Source of the DNA: a virus
Lineage: Duplodnaviria > Heunggongvirae > Uroviricota > Caudoviricetes
Virus record (IMG/VR): IMGVR_UViG_2974506819_000001
Span: 34,789 to 98,788 of that record
Direction: 5' to 3' (one strand)
Length of the DNA: 64,000 nt
The notes under the pieces are model-generated. The model made no database searches and was not told the DNA's origin. It saw nothing but the letters and a program-made list of their open reading frames with translations. The position numbers and the translations under genes are program-made. Within the stretch, counting starts at the first letter, position 1. Each line of letters begins with the position of its first letter. Shown here piece by piece: positions 53,947 to 63,080 of this stretch.

Positions 53947-56946
53947 TTAGCCGAACGGGTTGTCTTTATTGTCAGAAGGTTTGTTCGCATCTGGGTCGTT
54001 ATCAGTTGCGTTGAGATCAAGGTCTTCAGGTTTAACCTCATCATCTTCTGTCTCTTTAGGAACTTCATCCGGATCAGTAACCTCATCATCATCAACGTTC
54101 AGTGCACTGATATCACCGGTTTCGTCAGCCCCTGGAGTAAACGGATCGTCATCCACTTCAGTGACTGTTTCGGTACCTGGCTCTGTCAGCGGAGTTTCTT
54201 CCTCCTCCTCCTCCACACCAAAGGCTTTGTTGATTTTCTCACCCATGGTCTTGTACTTCTTATCGGCCTTGGCTTGATCCATCATGAACAGAGACAGGAA
54301 TTCTGCCACGTTACCACGCATGAAGCTCACCGAGTTGACCAGAGAAGCAATACCGCCGTTCTTACCTTCACCCACAATCTCGTCAAACGGCATCGGCAGG
54401 TTATAGCGTTTGAAGGCTTCCATGTAGAACACGGATTTAACAATCGCTTTAATCTCGTCTTCATTGTACAATTCAGAATCGATACCCATAACCGCCAACA
54501 GGTTCTTCATGATACCCAGGTGACCAGACATCTCTTCCCAACGTTCCACCAGGTCTTTCACAGCGTCCAGGCTGTCACGCAGCTTGTTGGTTGTTTCGGT
54601 GCTGGTAGGGCGTGGGAACTCACAGTAGACATTGTTAATGAAGTCCGTAAGGATAAGCTGAATCTTCTGCGCATCGTTAGAACCTGGAATGTCTTCCCCT
54701 GAATCAGGTTTCCAGAGTTTCTTGTTATCGGCAATGCCTTTGATTAAGCGCATCATTAACGGTTGGTTAACCTCAGCATGCTTACGCTGGAAGTCAATCA
54801 AGCCTTCTGCAAACAGCTCCTGCCAGTTTACAACCTGATTAAGAATCATCTGGTGTTCAGCCAGTGCCTCAATCTGGAAGTTGTTCTGGTCATCACTGAC
54901 GTCCAACCAGGAACGGGGTAAAGAGAAGTAGTTTGCGATGTCGTTCATTACCTTCTGACGACTCTGGTCATCAACCGGTTTAAAGTTCCCTTTGTCCATC
55001 TGCGACATTTCAATATCCGGTGCCGCGATGTTCGGGTTCTCGCCTGGGTTGATTTTCACCGTCAGGGATTGTTCACGCAAGGCATCAACAATCTGAGGAA
55101 CAGACAACTGTGCTGTGGCCAGGATACCATGCAAACGTGGGTTAGCACGGAAGTAGGTTTGACGTGCCATGGCAATGTGAGACATCGGATCAGTATCTTC
55201 TTTCTCGACGTTCACGGTCATTAAGGTATGCGGTTGTGCACCCTCAATGTTGGCCAGGGCATCGGCCAAGTCATACGCTGCCAGACGAGCAATGTGCATC
55301 TTCGCCATCTGCGTCAGGGATTGACCAGTGCCTAAACGGTTGTTGGTCTTGAATGTCATGTAGGTCATGCATTCACCCGGAACATAGAGACAGCGCACAG
55401 CCTGACGACGGAACATACGAGCCAGGAAGATTTTGTTGGTCTCTTCATCCAAACTGACGCTGATGCTGTCGGCCTTGCCTGAAATAGCAGCACCCAGGAA
55501 ACGTTTGATGATGCTAGAGCGTGCCATGTCGGCAAATTCACTCATGTCAAAATCACACGCTTTTCCTTCCTGAACTTTACGCAAGCTGGAAATGAGATGG
55601 TTATCACTACCAATCTTGTTCTTGTCACCAATAGACCCACCTGATTTCGACGACTGGTAGTATTCGTAATCGTTGGTGTTCTTCAGGAAGTTCCCTTCAT
55701 CGTCTAACAGTACGATGTAGTCCAGGCGCTCTGCACTGTTACCGTTGTAGTGAATAGGAATCACTGCTTCACTCGGTACATGCCAGGTAATGCCTTGACC
55801 GTATGGGGCAACGCTCAACTGGTCCGGAGTTTTGATGTGCTGAACTTGTTGATAAGCCGGGTTACGACGCGGGAAGATATCAGACTGCAATGCTTCTTCC
55901 TGGGCCATGGACATGTTCTGGGTCGTGGCTTTTGGATTGGCAGGTTCGCCTTTCTTCGGAGCCTTCTCCTTCTTGTCCTTTTTATCCTTCTTATCTTTCT
56001 CGTCCTTGTTATCGTCCTCTTCGCCATCCTCGAGGTTGTCTTTACCACCCAGGGCGCTTTTGATTAAGGAGTCATACCCTTCGGCACCGGTAACCTCATT
56101 AATGTCACGCTGACGATTGCTTTCGCTAATCTTCTGCAAGAACAGTACCGCTGGGTTATCCGTGATGGTGATCATGTCAAAGACTTTCTGATCATCAGCA
56201 TTTTCAAACTGGAACAGCGGGAACTCTTCTTCATTAATAGTCACACCGCGAGAGAACAAACTCTCAATCCCTGTTACCGTTTGAGTGGTAGCTTTCGGGT
56301 TACGGATGTATTTACCCAGGTTACGAACCAGGTAACGGTTATCCTTCTTAACGAAGTGTTTACCGATTTCTGTCTGAAGGTTTGACATGAAATCTTCGTT
56401 ACCGGCAACCGTCTTCATCTGGCTACCGTTAATCAAGTAATCCAGCGTCGGACGCGAAAGGTTAAGCAAAGCGTAACTTCCCGTATTCCACAGGATGTCG
56501 TTAAGCATTTTCCTTAACTGGCGCTCGATTTTATAGTCGTTGGTGAAATAACCATCCCAGATTTTGAGCAATTCTGAGTGAAGTTTATCGTTACGCAATT
56601 GGCTGTTTTGCGTGTTGTACGTTAGGATTTTGTCCTGCTGGCCATTTGGGTACAACATCAGCGTAGACCAGATAATCTCTGCTTTATCAATGTACGGGGT
56701 AATTTGACGCAGGTCAGTCACGGCATTGATATTGTTTGAAATGATGTTACTCAGTCTTTCTAATTTTTGAGTATTAATGACATTATCAGGATTGAGCTCA
56801 TTTCGTTCTGGACTGGTGCCGTTCTTAGGGACGGCATTACGCAAAGTGTTTGCAACCATCGGATTAACGTTGCTTAATTGACCACGAAGCTTGGTAAAAT
56901 CAACTTCTTGATTTCCCTTAGTGGTGGCCCTCGAAAATCTTGACAT
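53947..56946 (-). CDS. Portal protein (phiKZ gp129-like)
   Basis: ARLAAYDLADALANIEGAQPHTLMTVNV and DIANYFSLPRSWLD parallel the T4 gp20 clip/stem motifs. Long acidic C-terminal tail. Confidence 0.75.
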   Translation of the reverse strand: MSRFSRATTKGNQEVDFTKLRGQLSNVNPMVANTLRNAVPKNGTSPERNELNPDNVINTQKLERLSNIISNNINAVTDLRQITPYIDKAEIIWSTLMLYPNGQQDKILTYNTQNSQLRNDKLHSELLKIWDGYFTNDYKIERQLRKMLNDILWNTGSYALLNLSRPTLDYLINGSQMKTVAGNEDFMSNLQTEIGKHFVKKDNRYLVRNLGKYIRNPKATTQTVTGIESLFSRGVTINEEEFPLFQFENADDQKVFDMITITDNPAVLFLQKISESNRQRDINEVTGAEGYDSLIKSALGGKDNLEDGEEDDNKDEKDKKDKKDKKEKAPKKGEPANPKATTQNMSMAQEEALQSDIFPRRNPAYQQVQHIKTPDQLSVAPYGQGITWHVPSEAVIPIHYNGNSAERLDYIVLLDDEGNFLKNTNDYEYYQSSKSGGSIGDKNKIGSDNHLISSLRKVQEGKACDFDMSEFADMARSSIIKRFLGAAISGKADSISVSLDEETNKIFLARMFRRQAVRCLYVPGECMTYMTFKTNNRLGTGQSLTQMAKMHIARLAAYDLADALANIEGAQPHTLMTVNVEKEDTDPMSHIAMARQTYFRANPRLHGILATAQLSVPQIVDALREQSLTVKINPGENPNIAAPDIEMSQMDKGNFKPVDDQSRQKVMNDIANYFSLPRSWLDVSDDQNNFQIEALAEHQMILNQVVNWQELFAEGLIDFQRKHAEVNQPLMMRLIKGIADNKKLWKPDSGEDIPGSNDAQKIQLILTDFINNVYCEFPRPTSTETTNKLRDSLDAVKDLVERWEEMSGHLGIMKNLLAVMGIDSELYNEDEIKAIVKSVFYMEAFKRYNLPMPFDEIVGEGKNGGIASLVNSVSFMRGNVAEFLSLFMMDQAKADKKYKTMGEKINKAFGVEEEEEETPLTEPGTETVTEVDDDPFTPGADETGDISALNVDDDEVTDPDEVPKETEDDEVKPEDLDLNATDNDPDANKPSDNKDNPFG

Positions 56947-56966
56947 GTTAACCTCGTGAGAATAGC

Positions 56967-59261
56967 ATGGAAAATATTGAATTAAATGCCTATATAGCGA
57001 ATGTGTTTCGTTTGGCGCGCACGATGGTCATTAAGATTGAGGCCATAGCTAAACGCGATAACAAACTGCTAAAAGCCGCCGGGTACGAGGTTCTCAATGA
57101 TAAACGCACGTGGCGTTATTACATGAACCTTAACGGCGAGTATCATCCCACTGATGACCAAATGAAGGTAGTCAGTATTGATACCGGCGAAGAAATTGTC
57201 TTTAATAAAGCCAATTTAGAAATCCACATGGCGACGTACCGAGAGTATTCGCTGGGTGGTTATTGGTTTAACCGACTCACTGAGCGGTATCCCCACCAAA
57301 CTGATTTGATTAAAGGCATTCTGTCCCCTATCCCCTATGAGGAGACGATAGCGGCAGACGACTATAAGATTCTGCGTTACAACAGCACCTTGGTGTCCTG
57401 GAACGAAGATCAGTTGATTCCTGCCCTGCAGCGCTGGATTGACAGCGAGGTAGCGCAGACCTTTAAGAACGATTACATGATTACGGATAACCTGATGTTA
57501 CCAACTATGGTAATGAACCTCTATGCAGGGGTGATTCAGGCTATTCACACTATTCGCTTTGAAGCCATTGGCACCCGTTATGCTCACGAGTTCTATATTT
57601 GGAGTCACATCGATTCGTTCGGTAACTTCTCCAAGTACAAGGGTTCGTTGAATGCATTCCAAACCATGTGGCTTTACCGTAACATTGGTTGGATACAAAA
57701 CAACGCCGGCCGGAAGTACACGTTCGATAAGCTGTTGCAAAACCTGTTAACCGAACGCAGTATCCCGTTGGCCAAGTATGACATGGTGCTCAACACCGCA
57801 CAGCAGATTAAGGATGTCTCTCCTGATCCGCAGTACCGTCATCTGTATCTTAACCTGCACGATGATTACGGCTCAACCCCAACGTACATTACCACCGAGC
57901 AGCTTCTTGAAAAGGAACGTGGACTGGCCCGTGATAACGGCGACTTCATGGATACCTATTACGAAGACGCGGTAGATAAAGGTAAGTTCAGTCTCTATTC
58001 TGAGCTGCCGACCAAAGTGTTAGAATCAGCCATGCGGGACTTTACCAACCGTCACGCAGACACCTTGATGACCGTGGTGTATAACCACTGGGTGTACCTG
58101 GCCGGTAACAACATCTTCAACGCTACTATTCTGCTCACGGACCCCAAGACCAGTAAACAATATCGTGTGTCTTCCGCTGAAGCTTATCAATTGTGGAACT
58201 ACATGATTGCCAAAGCCAAAGGCAAGGAATTGGTTGAAGTGCCGCTGGTGTATTACCACCGCGTGGCCAAGCTCAACATTCCGTCACAGGATTTACTGTT
58301 GTCATTGGGAAGCGATCGGTACCTGGACAAAAAGCTGGTCAATGATATTCGACGGCTGGGTGTAACTTATAGTCGTATCGTGTCTTCCGAAGCGTTACTT
58401 AATATCTCGAAAGAGGTGTACTGGAAGATGTGGGAACACAAGAAACTGTATTCCCAGTTCTACGACTTGAACAAACGTGCGCGTGTTAAGAATGCTTGTG
58501 ACACGATGTACGAAAGCGGTTACATCAAACTAACGAATTATACCAGTTACCGCACGCTGATGGAAAAGTATGAGCTGGACTTCTCCGAGTACAGTGAAGA
58601 AGAGCTGCGTAACTTTGCCTGGGATATCTTCCAACGGGTAACAGGCTGGGATTTAAACTCGAACCCGTCCTTGCGTTTGATTCAAAGCGACCTGATTGAC
58701 TTAATGATGGACTTGTCCTCATACACCATTCAGATTGTGAAGACCATGGACGATGGGGCTGAGGTTATTGAACTCCCTAACGAACCGTTTATCGGAGACA
58801 GTCTTGGGGTGGGGTTAGGGAATAACTTGACACCTGATTTCTCGGGATGCATCTTAAACCCAGTGGCGGCTATCTTGCCACGTAACACCCTGACCGCTGA
58901 AATGGTGTTACAGGATAAAACTGTACCCAAGATAGCGATGTCCTCAAAGGGTCACATTGTTCTTGAACCAGAACAGCCGTTGAAACGGGTTGACACCGGA
59001 ACTGATGTCAGTGAAGCGATTCGTCTCTTTACTCCGACATACATAACCCTGTTGCCTGATGAACATCCGCTGCCGGATCCGAATGCATTCCATATTCCGG
59101 ACACCGACTACGGTTCCCTGTTCACCAACGGAACTAACCCTATCCCTGGCGACACCTCAGTGCTGAGAACCAAAGACCTGGGTGACATTACCAGCAAACA
59201 AACTCCATCGGAAATTGTTTTGAGTTCAGCTAACTTAGGGACTCTGCCTTCAACTGACTAG
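56967..59261 (+). CDS. Conserved virion (baseplate) protein
   Basis: TWRYYMNLNGEYHPTDDQMKVVSIDTGEEIVF is a motif typical of phiKZ-like structural proteins found divergent from the portal gene. Confidence 0.6.
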   Translation: MENIELNAYIANVFRLARTMVIKIEAIAKRDNKLLKAAGYEVLNDKRTWRYYMNLNGEYHPTDDQMKVVSIDTGEEIVFNKANLEIHMATYREYSLGGYWFNRLTERYPHQTDLIKGILSPIPYEETIAADDYKILRYNSTLVSWNEDQLIPALQRWIDSEVAQTFKNDYMITDNLMLPTMVMNLYAGVIQAIHTIRFEAIGTRYAHEFYIWSHIDSFGNFSKYKGSLNAFQTMWLYRNIGWIQNNAGRKYTFDKLLQNLLTERSIPLAKYDMVLNTAQQIKDVSPDPQYRHLYLNLHDDYGSTPTYITTEQLLEKERGLARDNGDFMDTYYEDAVDKGKFSLYSELPTKVLESAMRDFTNRHADTLMTVVYNHWVYLAGNNIFNATILLTDPKTSKQYRVSSAEAYQLWNYMIAKAKGKELVEVPLVYYHRVAKLNIPSQDLLLSLGSDRYLDKKLVNDIRRLGVTYSRIVSSEALLNISKEVYWKMWEHKKLYSQFYDLNKRARVKNACDTMYESGYIKLTNYTSYRTLMEKYELDFSEYSEEELRNFAWDIFQRVTGWDLNSNPSLRLIQSDLIDLMMDLSSYTIQIVKTMDDGAEVIELPNEPFIGDSLGVGLGNNLTPDFSGCILNPVAAILPRNTLTAEMVLQDKTVPKIAMSSKGHIVLEPEQPLKRVDTGTDVSEAIRLFTPTYITLLPDEHPLPDPNAFHIPDTDYGSLFTNGTNPIPGDTSVLRTKDLGDITSKQTPSEIVLSSANLGTLPSTD

Positions 59262-59276
59262 CATTTATATACAGGA

Positions 59277-59696
59277 ATGACGATGAACGGGAACTACATT
59301 TCTTTAGATGTTGCAAAGGAAGAATATTGCATGCATCATCAATTGGTTGATCGCCGTGAGATTGACCAAGTTTCTTTACGGTGTATTGGACGTAACGAAA
59401 ACCATGAGTATGTCTTTTCCGTGAAGTCACCTTTTAAAGGCCGGTTAGTAGACAGCATCTGGAATTTAGAACGACACGACGGTACACGAGTAATGGGACT
59501 GCAAGAGCTTACGCTGCCACGCAGTGAACGTCAGCCCACGAAGCATGCTGTGTGTTATCGCTTCCGTCAGGTCACCGGGTTACCCATGCAGGAAAGCGAC
59601 ATTGGGAAACTGGTAATAAAGGAAGACACCATTGAAGTCATCTTCCACCCGGATTCTATGACCTTTAAAAATTACTTAACCATTAAACGTATTTAA
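59277..59696 (+). CDS. Small virion-associated beta-rich protein
   Basis: C-terminal TGLPMQESDI...IEVIFHPDSMTFKNYLTI resembles the repeat in 32506 and 36508. Confidence 0.55.
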   Translation: MTMNGNYISLDVAKEEYCMHHQLVDRREIDQVSLRCIGRNENHEYVFSVKSPFKGRLVDSIWNLERHDGTRVMGLQELTLPRSERQPTKHAVCYRFRQVTGLPMQESDIGKLVIKEDTIEVIFHPDSMTFKNYLTIKRI

Positions 59697-59707
59697 GGAG
59701 ATGTGTC

Positions 59708-60655
59708 GTGGCCTTATCGACAAGTCAACAACAAGACCAGGACCGTTCGGAAATCCCTACACAGACCACCACCAATACTCTGTTAGGTAACCTCATTAAT
59801 AAAGCGTGCGTCACCAATCAGAAGATCGATATACCGGAGTTCACCACGTTGAACGAAGTGTATAAGGTGCGTGCGTCTGAATCGATCGGGGAAAAGAACG
59901 GTCGTGATTTCGAACTGAAATACTTCACGCTCGGCGTGCGTGGTTCTGACACCATCGGTAAAGATGCCAATGGGGTAGACATCCGTCGGGTTCTGCAACA
60001 CCAACCTATCGATGGCAACGTATTCGTTCCTATCCCGCTGTGTGTGCGTCCGGTCTCTAACGACCTGGATAACTTGAAGCGTGCTAAGCTGCGCTGCCGT
60101 GAAGTGCGTACCATCAACGGCGTACAGTATGCGATCTACTGGGCCGGTCTGATTAAGTTCGACCGCTACGATCCGCAGCTGCTGAAAATCTACAAAGACC
60201 CGGTGTCTGGGGCAGAAGATGTGAAGAAATACATCCCAAGCTCCGATAACCTGCGTCCGGTGCCGGTTGAACTGACCAGCTCTAACACAGTGCCTATCAG
60301 CAACACCTACGTGAACGGTTCGGCTATTCTGAACTGCACGCTGTCTGCTGACGAAATCGAAGAGGTGAAGAACGCCTGCCGTATCGTGTACAACGATGCC
60401 GGTTATGCTGCTCCTAACGAAATCGCCGTGGCTTACGGGATTGACAGCACCACCGACGGTGATATCGGCGGCGGTAAGTTCATTCGCTATACCGAAGCCC
60501 TGAGCCTGGTTATCGGTCACTTCATTACCGAACGCTCGGCCCGTGAAGCAAACAACAACCGTGAAATCAGCCTGGTGTTTGATCACGGTGCATCTGAACC
60601 GATGCTGCTGCACACGGTTGCGTCTACCACTGCTAATGCGAGCACGAACCCATGA
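59708..60655 (+). CDS. Conserved virion/baseplate protein
   Basis: GTG start 7 nt after AAGGAG. LKYFTLGVRG...HQPIDGNVFVPIPLCVRPVSNDL pattern seen in phiKZ-like structural proteins. Confidence 0.6.
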   Translation: MALSTSQQQDQDRSEIPTQTTTNTLLGNLINKACVTNQKIDIPEFTTLNEVYKVRASESIGEKNGRDFELKYFTLGVRGSDTIGKDANGVDIRRVLQHQPIDGNVFVPIPLCVRPVSNDLDNLKRAKLRCREVRTINGVQYAIYWAGLIKFDRYDPQLLKIYKDPVSGAEDVKKYIPSSDNLRPVPVELTSSNTVPISNTYVNGSAILNCTLSADEIEEVKNACRIVYNDAGYAAPNEIAVAYGIDSTTDGDIGGGKFIRYTEALSLVIGHFITERSAREANNNREISLVFDHGASEPMLLHTVASTTANASTNP

Positions 60656-61314
60656 CAGAAAAATCAGTGAATCCTTTTTCAGGGTTATCTGACAATCTGC
60701 ATGTGCCGTTAACCATTGGCATGTCCATGGAAGACGCGGTGAAAATCTTTAGCGCGTTTTATCTCGTGAAGGTAGATACCTCGCGCTTTAAATCATCGCA
60801 GGCATTTGTCAGTTCGTCTGGGTACATCACCCTGGAACTGCTTGATAAAACCTCAGGGGAAGTGGTGTACACGTTTGTTAACCGCATGCAGGTTATCAAA
60901 GACGAGACGCCAGTTCCTGTTCATAATCCGGCCTTTGAATTTACTAATCCACTTGAGCTCTCGACGCCAGACGTAAACTGGTTGACAGGTCCGGTGACCA
61001 TTACCCATCTGCAAGAGATGGATTTTCTAAAGGACGCACTCGTAAATCAACCACAGGCTATTGGCAATTTAACCAACCCATTGCCATTCCAGCTCTCGAC
61101 CCTGTTAAACAACTACGGGGTTGTAGGCCGTTGGGTAAGTGGTACGTTGGGCGAACTTTGCACAGGTGGTTTCACCTTGCTCTATTACGGAGCAGGCAAA
61201 GATGCACCCCCAGAGTACCTGGTTGGGGAGACGGTCGACACTGTGGTCCTGATTGCGATTAATCAGGGTAGTCGACAAGGTGTCTTATGTTTACAATACC
61301 TCAAGGCTCGGTAG
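60652..61314 (+). CDS. Hypothetical virion-associated protein
   Basis: ATGA-coupled 220-aa ORF in the structural operon. Confidence 0.65.
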   Translation: MTEKSVNPFSGLSDNLHVPLTIGMSMEDAVKIFSAFYLVKVDTSRFKSSQAFVSSSGYITLELLDKTSGEVVYTFVNRMQVIKDETPVPVHNPAFEFTNPLELSTPDVNWLTGPVTITHLQEMDFLKDALVNQPQAIGNLTNPLPFQLSTLLNNYGVVGRWVSGTLGELCTGGFTLLYYGAGKDAPPEYLVGETVDTVVLIAINQGSRQGVLCLQYLKAR

Positions 61315-61913
61315 CGCCAAAAGGAGAAGGGGTTGTCCGGGTAATTGGGACGGACCCCTCTACTACCAACATGGGTGTGACGGTCATTGACATCAACGTC
61401 ATGAAGCGTGAGAAGTTTACCTTACGCTACGTCAACACCATTTTCGGGGACAAGGTTCTGCACAGTATTCCGATGCAGTTTAACGACTTAGCGGATACCG
61501 GCGTGTTAGCACGCAGCTACGGGCTCTCACGAGCCTTTAGAGAGCTTGTAGAACTGTATGAACCTGACACTGGCATCTGTGAAGATAACTTCTTAGGTGT
61601 CTCTGCAGGGACCTTTAAACAGCTGATACAAGCTGTATCGCTTTACCGAGAAGCAGCGAACGGGCCTAACTTCCCTATCCACTTCTCGTACGTGTTGCCT
61701 AACCTCGCCAAAGCCATTGTCGGGGCTAACTTCCGGGGCACCAAAAAGGAAGACGTTATTGAAGGGATTCAAAAGTACGATTGGCTTGATGTCGGTGAGT
61801 GGGACTTGACGAAACTCGATGAGCACTCTGCGGACTCAATGGCCATCACGTTATATCGTTGCGAACAAATTGCAATGCATTTTGGGGTTTTTAAAGATGA
61901 CACAGCAAAGTAA
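61287..61913 (+). CDS. ruvC: RuvC-like Holliday junction resolvase
   Basis: Catalytic acidic motifs IGTDPSTTNMG, ICEDNF and DEHSADSMAI; AKAIVGANFRGTKKEDV corresponds to RuvC 'vK.avtG.g.AdK.qV'. Confidence 0.88.
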   Translation: MFTIPQGSVAPKGEGVVRVIGTDPSTTNMGVTVIDINVMKREKFTLRYVNTIFGDKVLHSIPMQFNDLADTGVLARSYGLSRAFRELVELYEPDTGICEDNFLGVSAGTFKQLIQAVSLYREAANGPNFPIHFSYVLPNLAKAIVGANFRGTKKEDVIEGIQKYDWLDVGEWDLTKLDEHSADSMAITLYRCEQIAMHFGVFKDDTAK

Positions 61914-62292
61914 TGGGAACGAGGGGAACACCTCACCTGTTACTGAGGAATCAGATGTGTTAAATCATGACCAGGGATTGGAGCGTAACCTATTTGGGAA
62001 ATGGACCATCCGGTTACGCAATTTGGGTGGGATTGTCGCCACTATTACAGTGTGCGCCATGGCAGTGCTGAACGGTTATACAACTCATGTGTCTGTGAGC
62101 TCGAAAATCGGGTGGCCTAGTGAACTCACGATGTTTATCATGAACATCGGTCCGATTGTGGTGGCGTTTACGTTCATGAACGCGAACAAAACCATCTCGA
62201 CCATCATGCAGTTTAAGTCTGTGGCTGAGAAGCTGCGCACGAAGGCAGCAGACGTGATTCGACCTACCAAAGATGATGCACCACCTCAGTAG
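61897..62292 (+). CDS. Putative holin (two transmembrane segments)
   Basis: 131 aa with two hydrophobic helices (LGGIVATITVCAMAVL; LTMFIMNIGPIVVAFTFM) and a basic C-terminus; adjacent to the spanin pair. Confidence 0.45.
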   Translation: MTQQSNGNEGNTSPVTEESDVLNHDQGLERNLFGKWTIRLRNLGGIVATITVCAMAVLNGYTTHVSVSSKIGWPSELTMFIMNIGPIVVAFTFMNANKTISTIMQFKSVAEKLRTKAADVIRPTKDDAPPQ

Positions 62293-62307
62293 CAAAAAAA
62301 AGCATAA

Positions 62308-62343
62308 TAATACGCTCTGGAGGGTTTCCTCCAGAGCGTATTA
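62308..62343. terminator. Perfect 16-bp bidirectional hairpin flanked by CATAA/TTATG
   Basis: TAATACGCTCTGGAGG-gttt-CCTCCAGAGCGTATTA, with an A-run on the left (a T-run for the minus strand). Confidence 0.8.
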
Positions 62344-62359
62344 GTTTATGGTGTTACAT

Positions 62360-62782
62360 TTATTTTAAGTCACCAATGCCTTGTACTACAGCATCAATAT
62401 TGTCGATTAACCCATTGATAGTGACTTGTCCGGCGTAGATTTTATCGTTTGCCTCGTCCAGCATCTTGGATGTACCAATCAATCTTAGTCGGGTCAAATG
62501 ATAACAATACTTGAAGTCCTCCGCCGTCATGCAATCGTTCTCCAAAAGAAACTTCGCCAACTCGGGCGACAAGCGCGTCGGTGCGACAGGATTGGGGTTC
62601 TTAAGAGGAGGGATTACCTGAGTTAATCCTTCTTTGGCATGCAGCAAGCTGTCGCGATAACTATTTATCTTTACTTGCTGCGCCTGCGCCAGTAGGTACG
62701 TGTCGGCTTCCTTCATTGACGGTCTGTCGCTGCACGCCGACAGCAGCATCGCCAACAGTAGCGTTACCGTTGTACTTACCAT
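62360..62782 (-). CDS. Outer-membrane spanin (Rz1-like lipoprotein)
   Basis: MVSTTVTLLLAMLLSA|C lipobox. Starts inside the upstream gene in a different frame; Pro-rich linker, then a helical C-terminus. Confidence 0.75.
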   Translation of the reverse strand: MVSTTVTLLLAMLLSACSDRPSMKEADTYLLAQAQQVKINSYRDSLLHAKEGLTQVIPPLKNPNPVAPTRLSPELAKFLLENDCMTAEDFKYCYHLTRLRLIGTSKMLDEANDKIYAGQVTINGLIDNIDAVVQGIGDLK

Positions 62783-63077
62783 ATTTCTGTTCAAGAGCAT
62801 CGTAATCTTTCTCCCGACTGTCTTTCCGATCACTGAGTTGCTGTTCCAGGAGGGTGTTACGTTTCTCCTGGGCCAAACTTGCACGTTCGATGTTGTTACC
62901 TACACGTTCCATTTGATTGGCTACGTTTTGGAGCGTATCCAACGTCTTCTCACTGACCGAACTCTGTTTCGGGAACATCCAGCTAAGCAGCACGATACAC
63001 AATATGATCATGAGCAGAACCAGTGTAGTGACCCCTCTGAGTTTGTCAGAGAATAATGCGTCCTTGAATTCAGACAT
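62661..63077 (-). CDS. Inner-membrane spanin (Rz-like)
   Basis: Single N-terminal TM (GVTTLVLLMIILCIVLLSWMF) followed by a periplasmic coiled coil; overlaps the lipoprotein gene by 122 nt. Confidence 0.75.
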   Translation of the reverse strand: MSEFKDALFSDKLRGVTTLVLLMIILCIVLLSWMFPKQSSVSEKTLDTLQNVANQMERVGNNIERASLAQEKRNTLLEQQLSDRKDSREKDYDALEQKYGKYNGNATVGDAAVGVQRQTVNEGSRHVPTGAGAASKDK

Positions 63078-63080
63078 AAG

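Noticed and set aside
53857-54702. 281-aa plus-strand ORF opposite the portal C-terminus
   Set aside because: It runs through a terminator and mirrors the acidic low-complexity portal tail; no RBS or recognisable domain.
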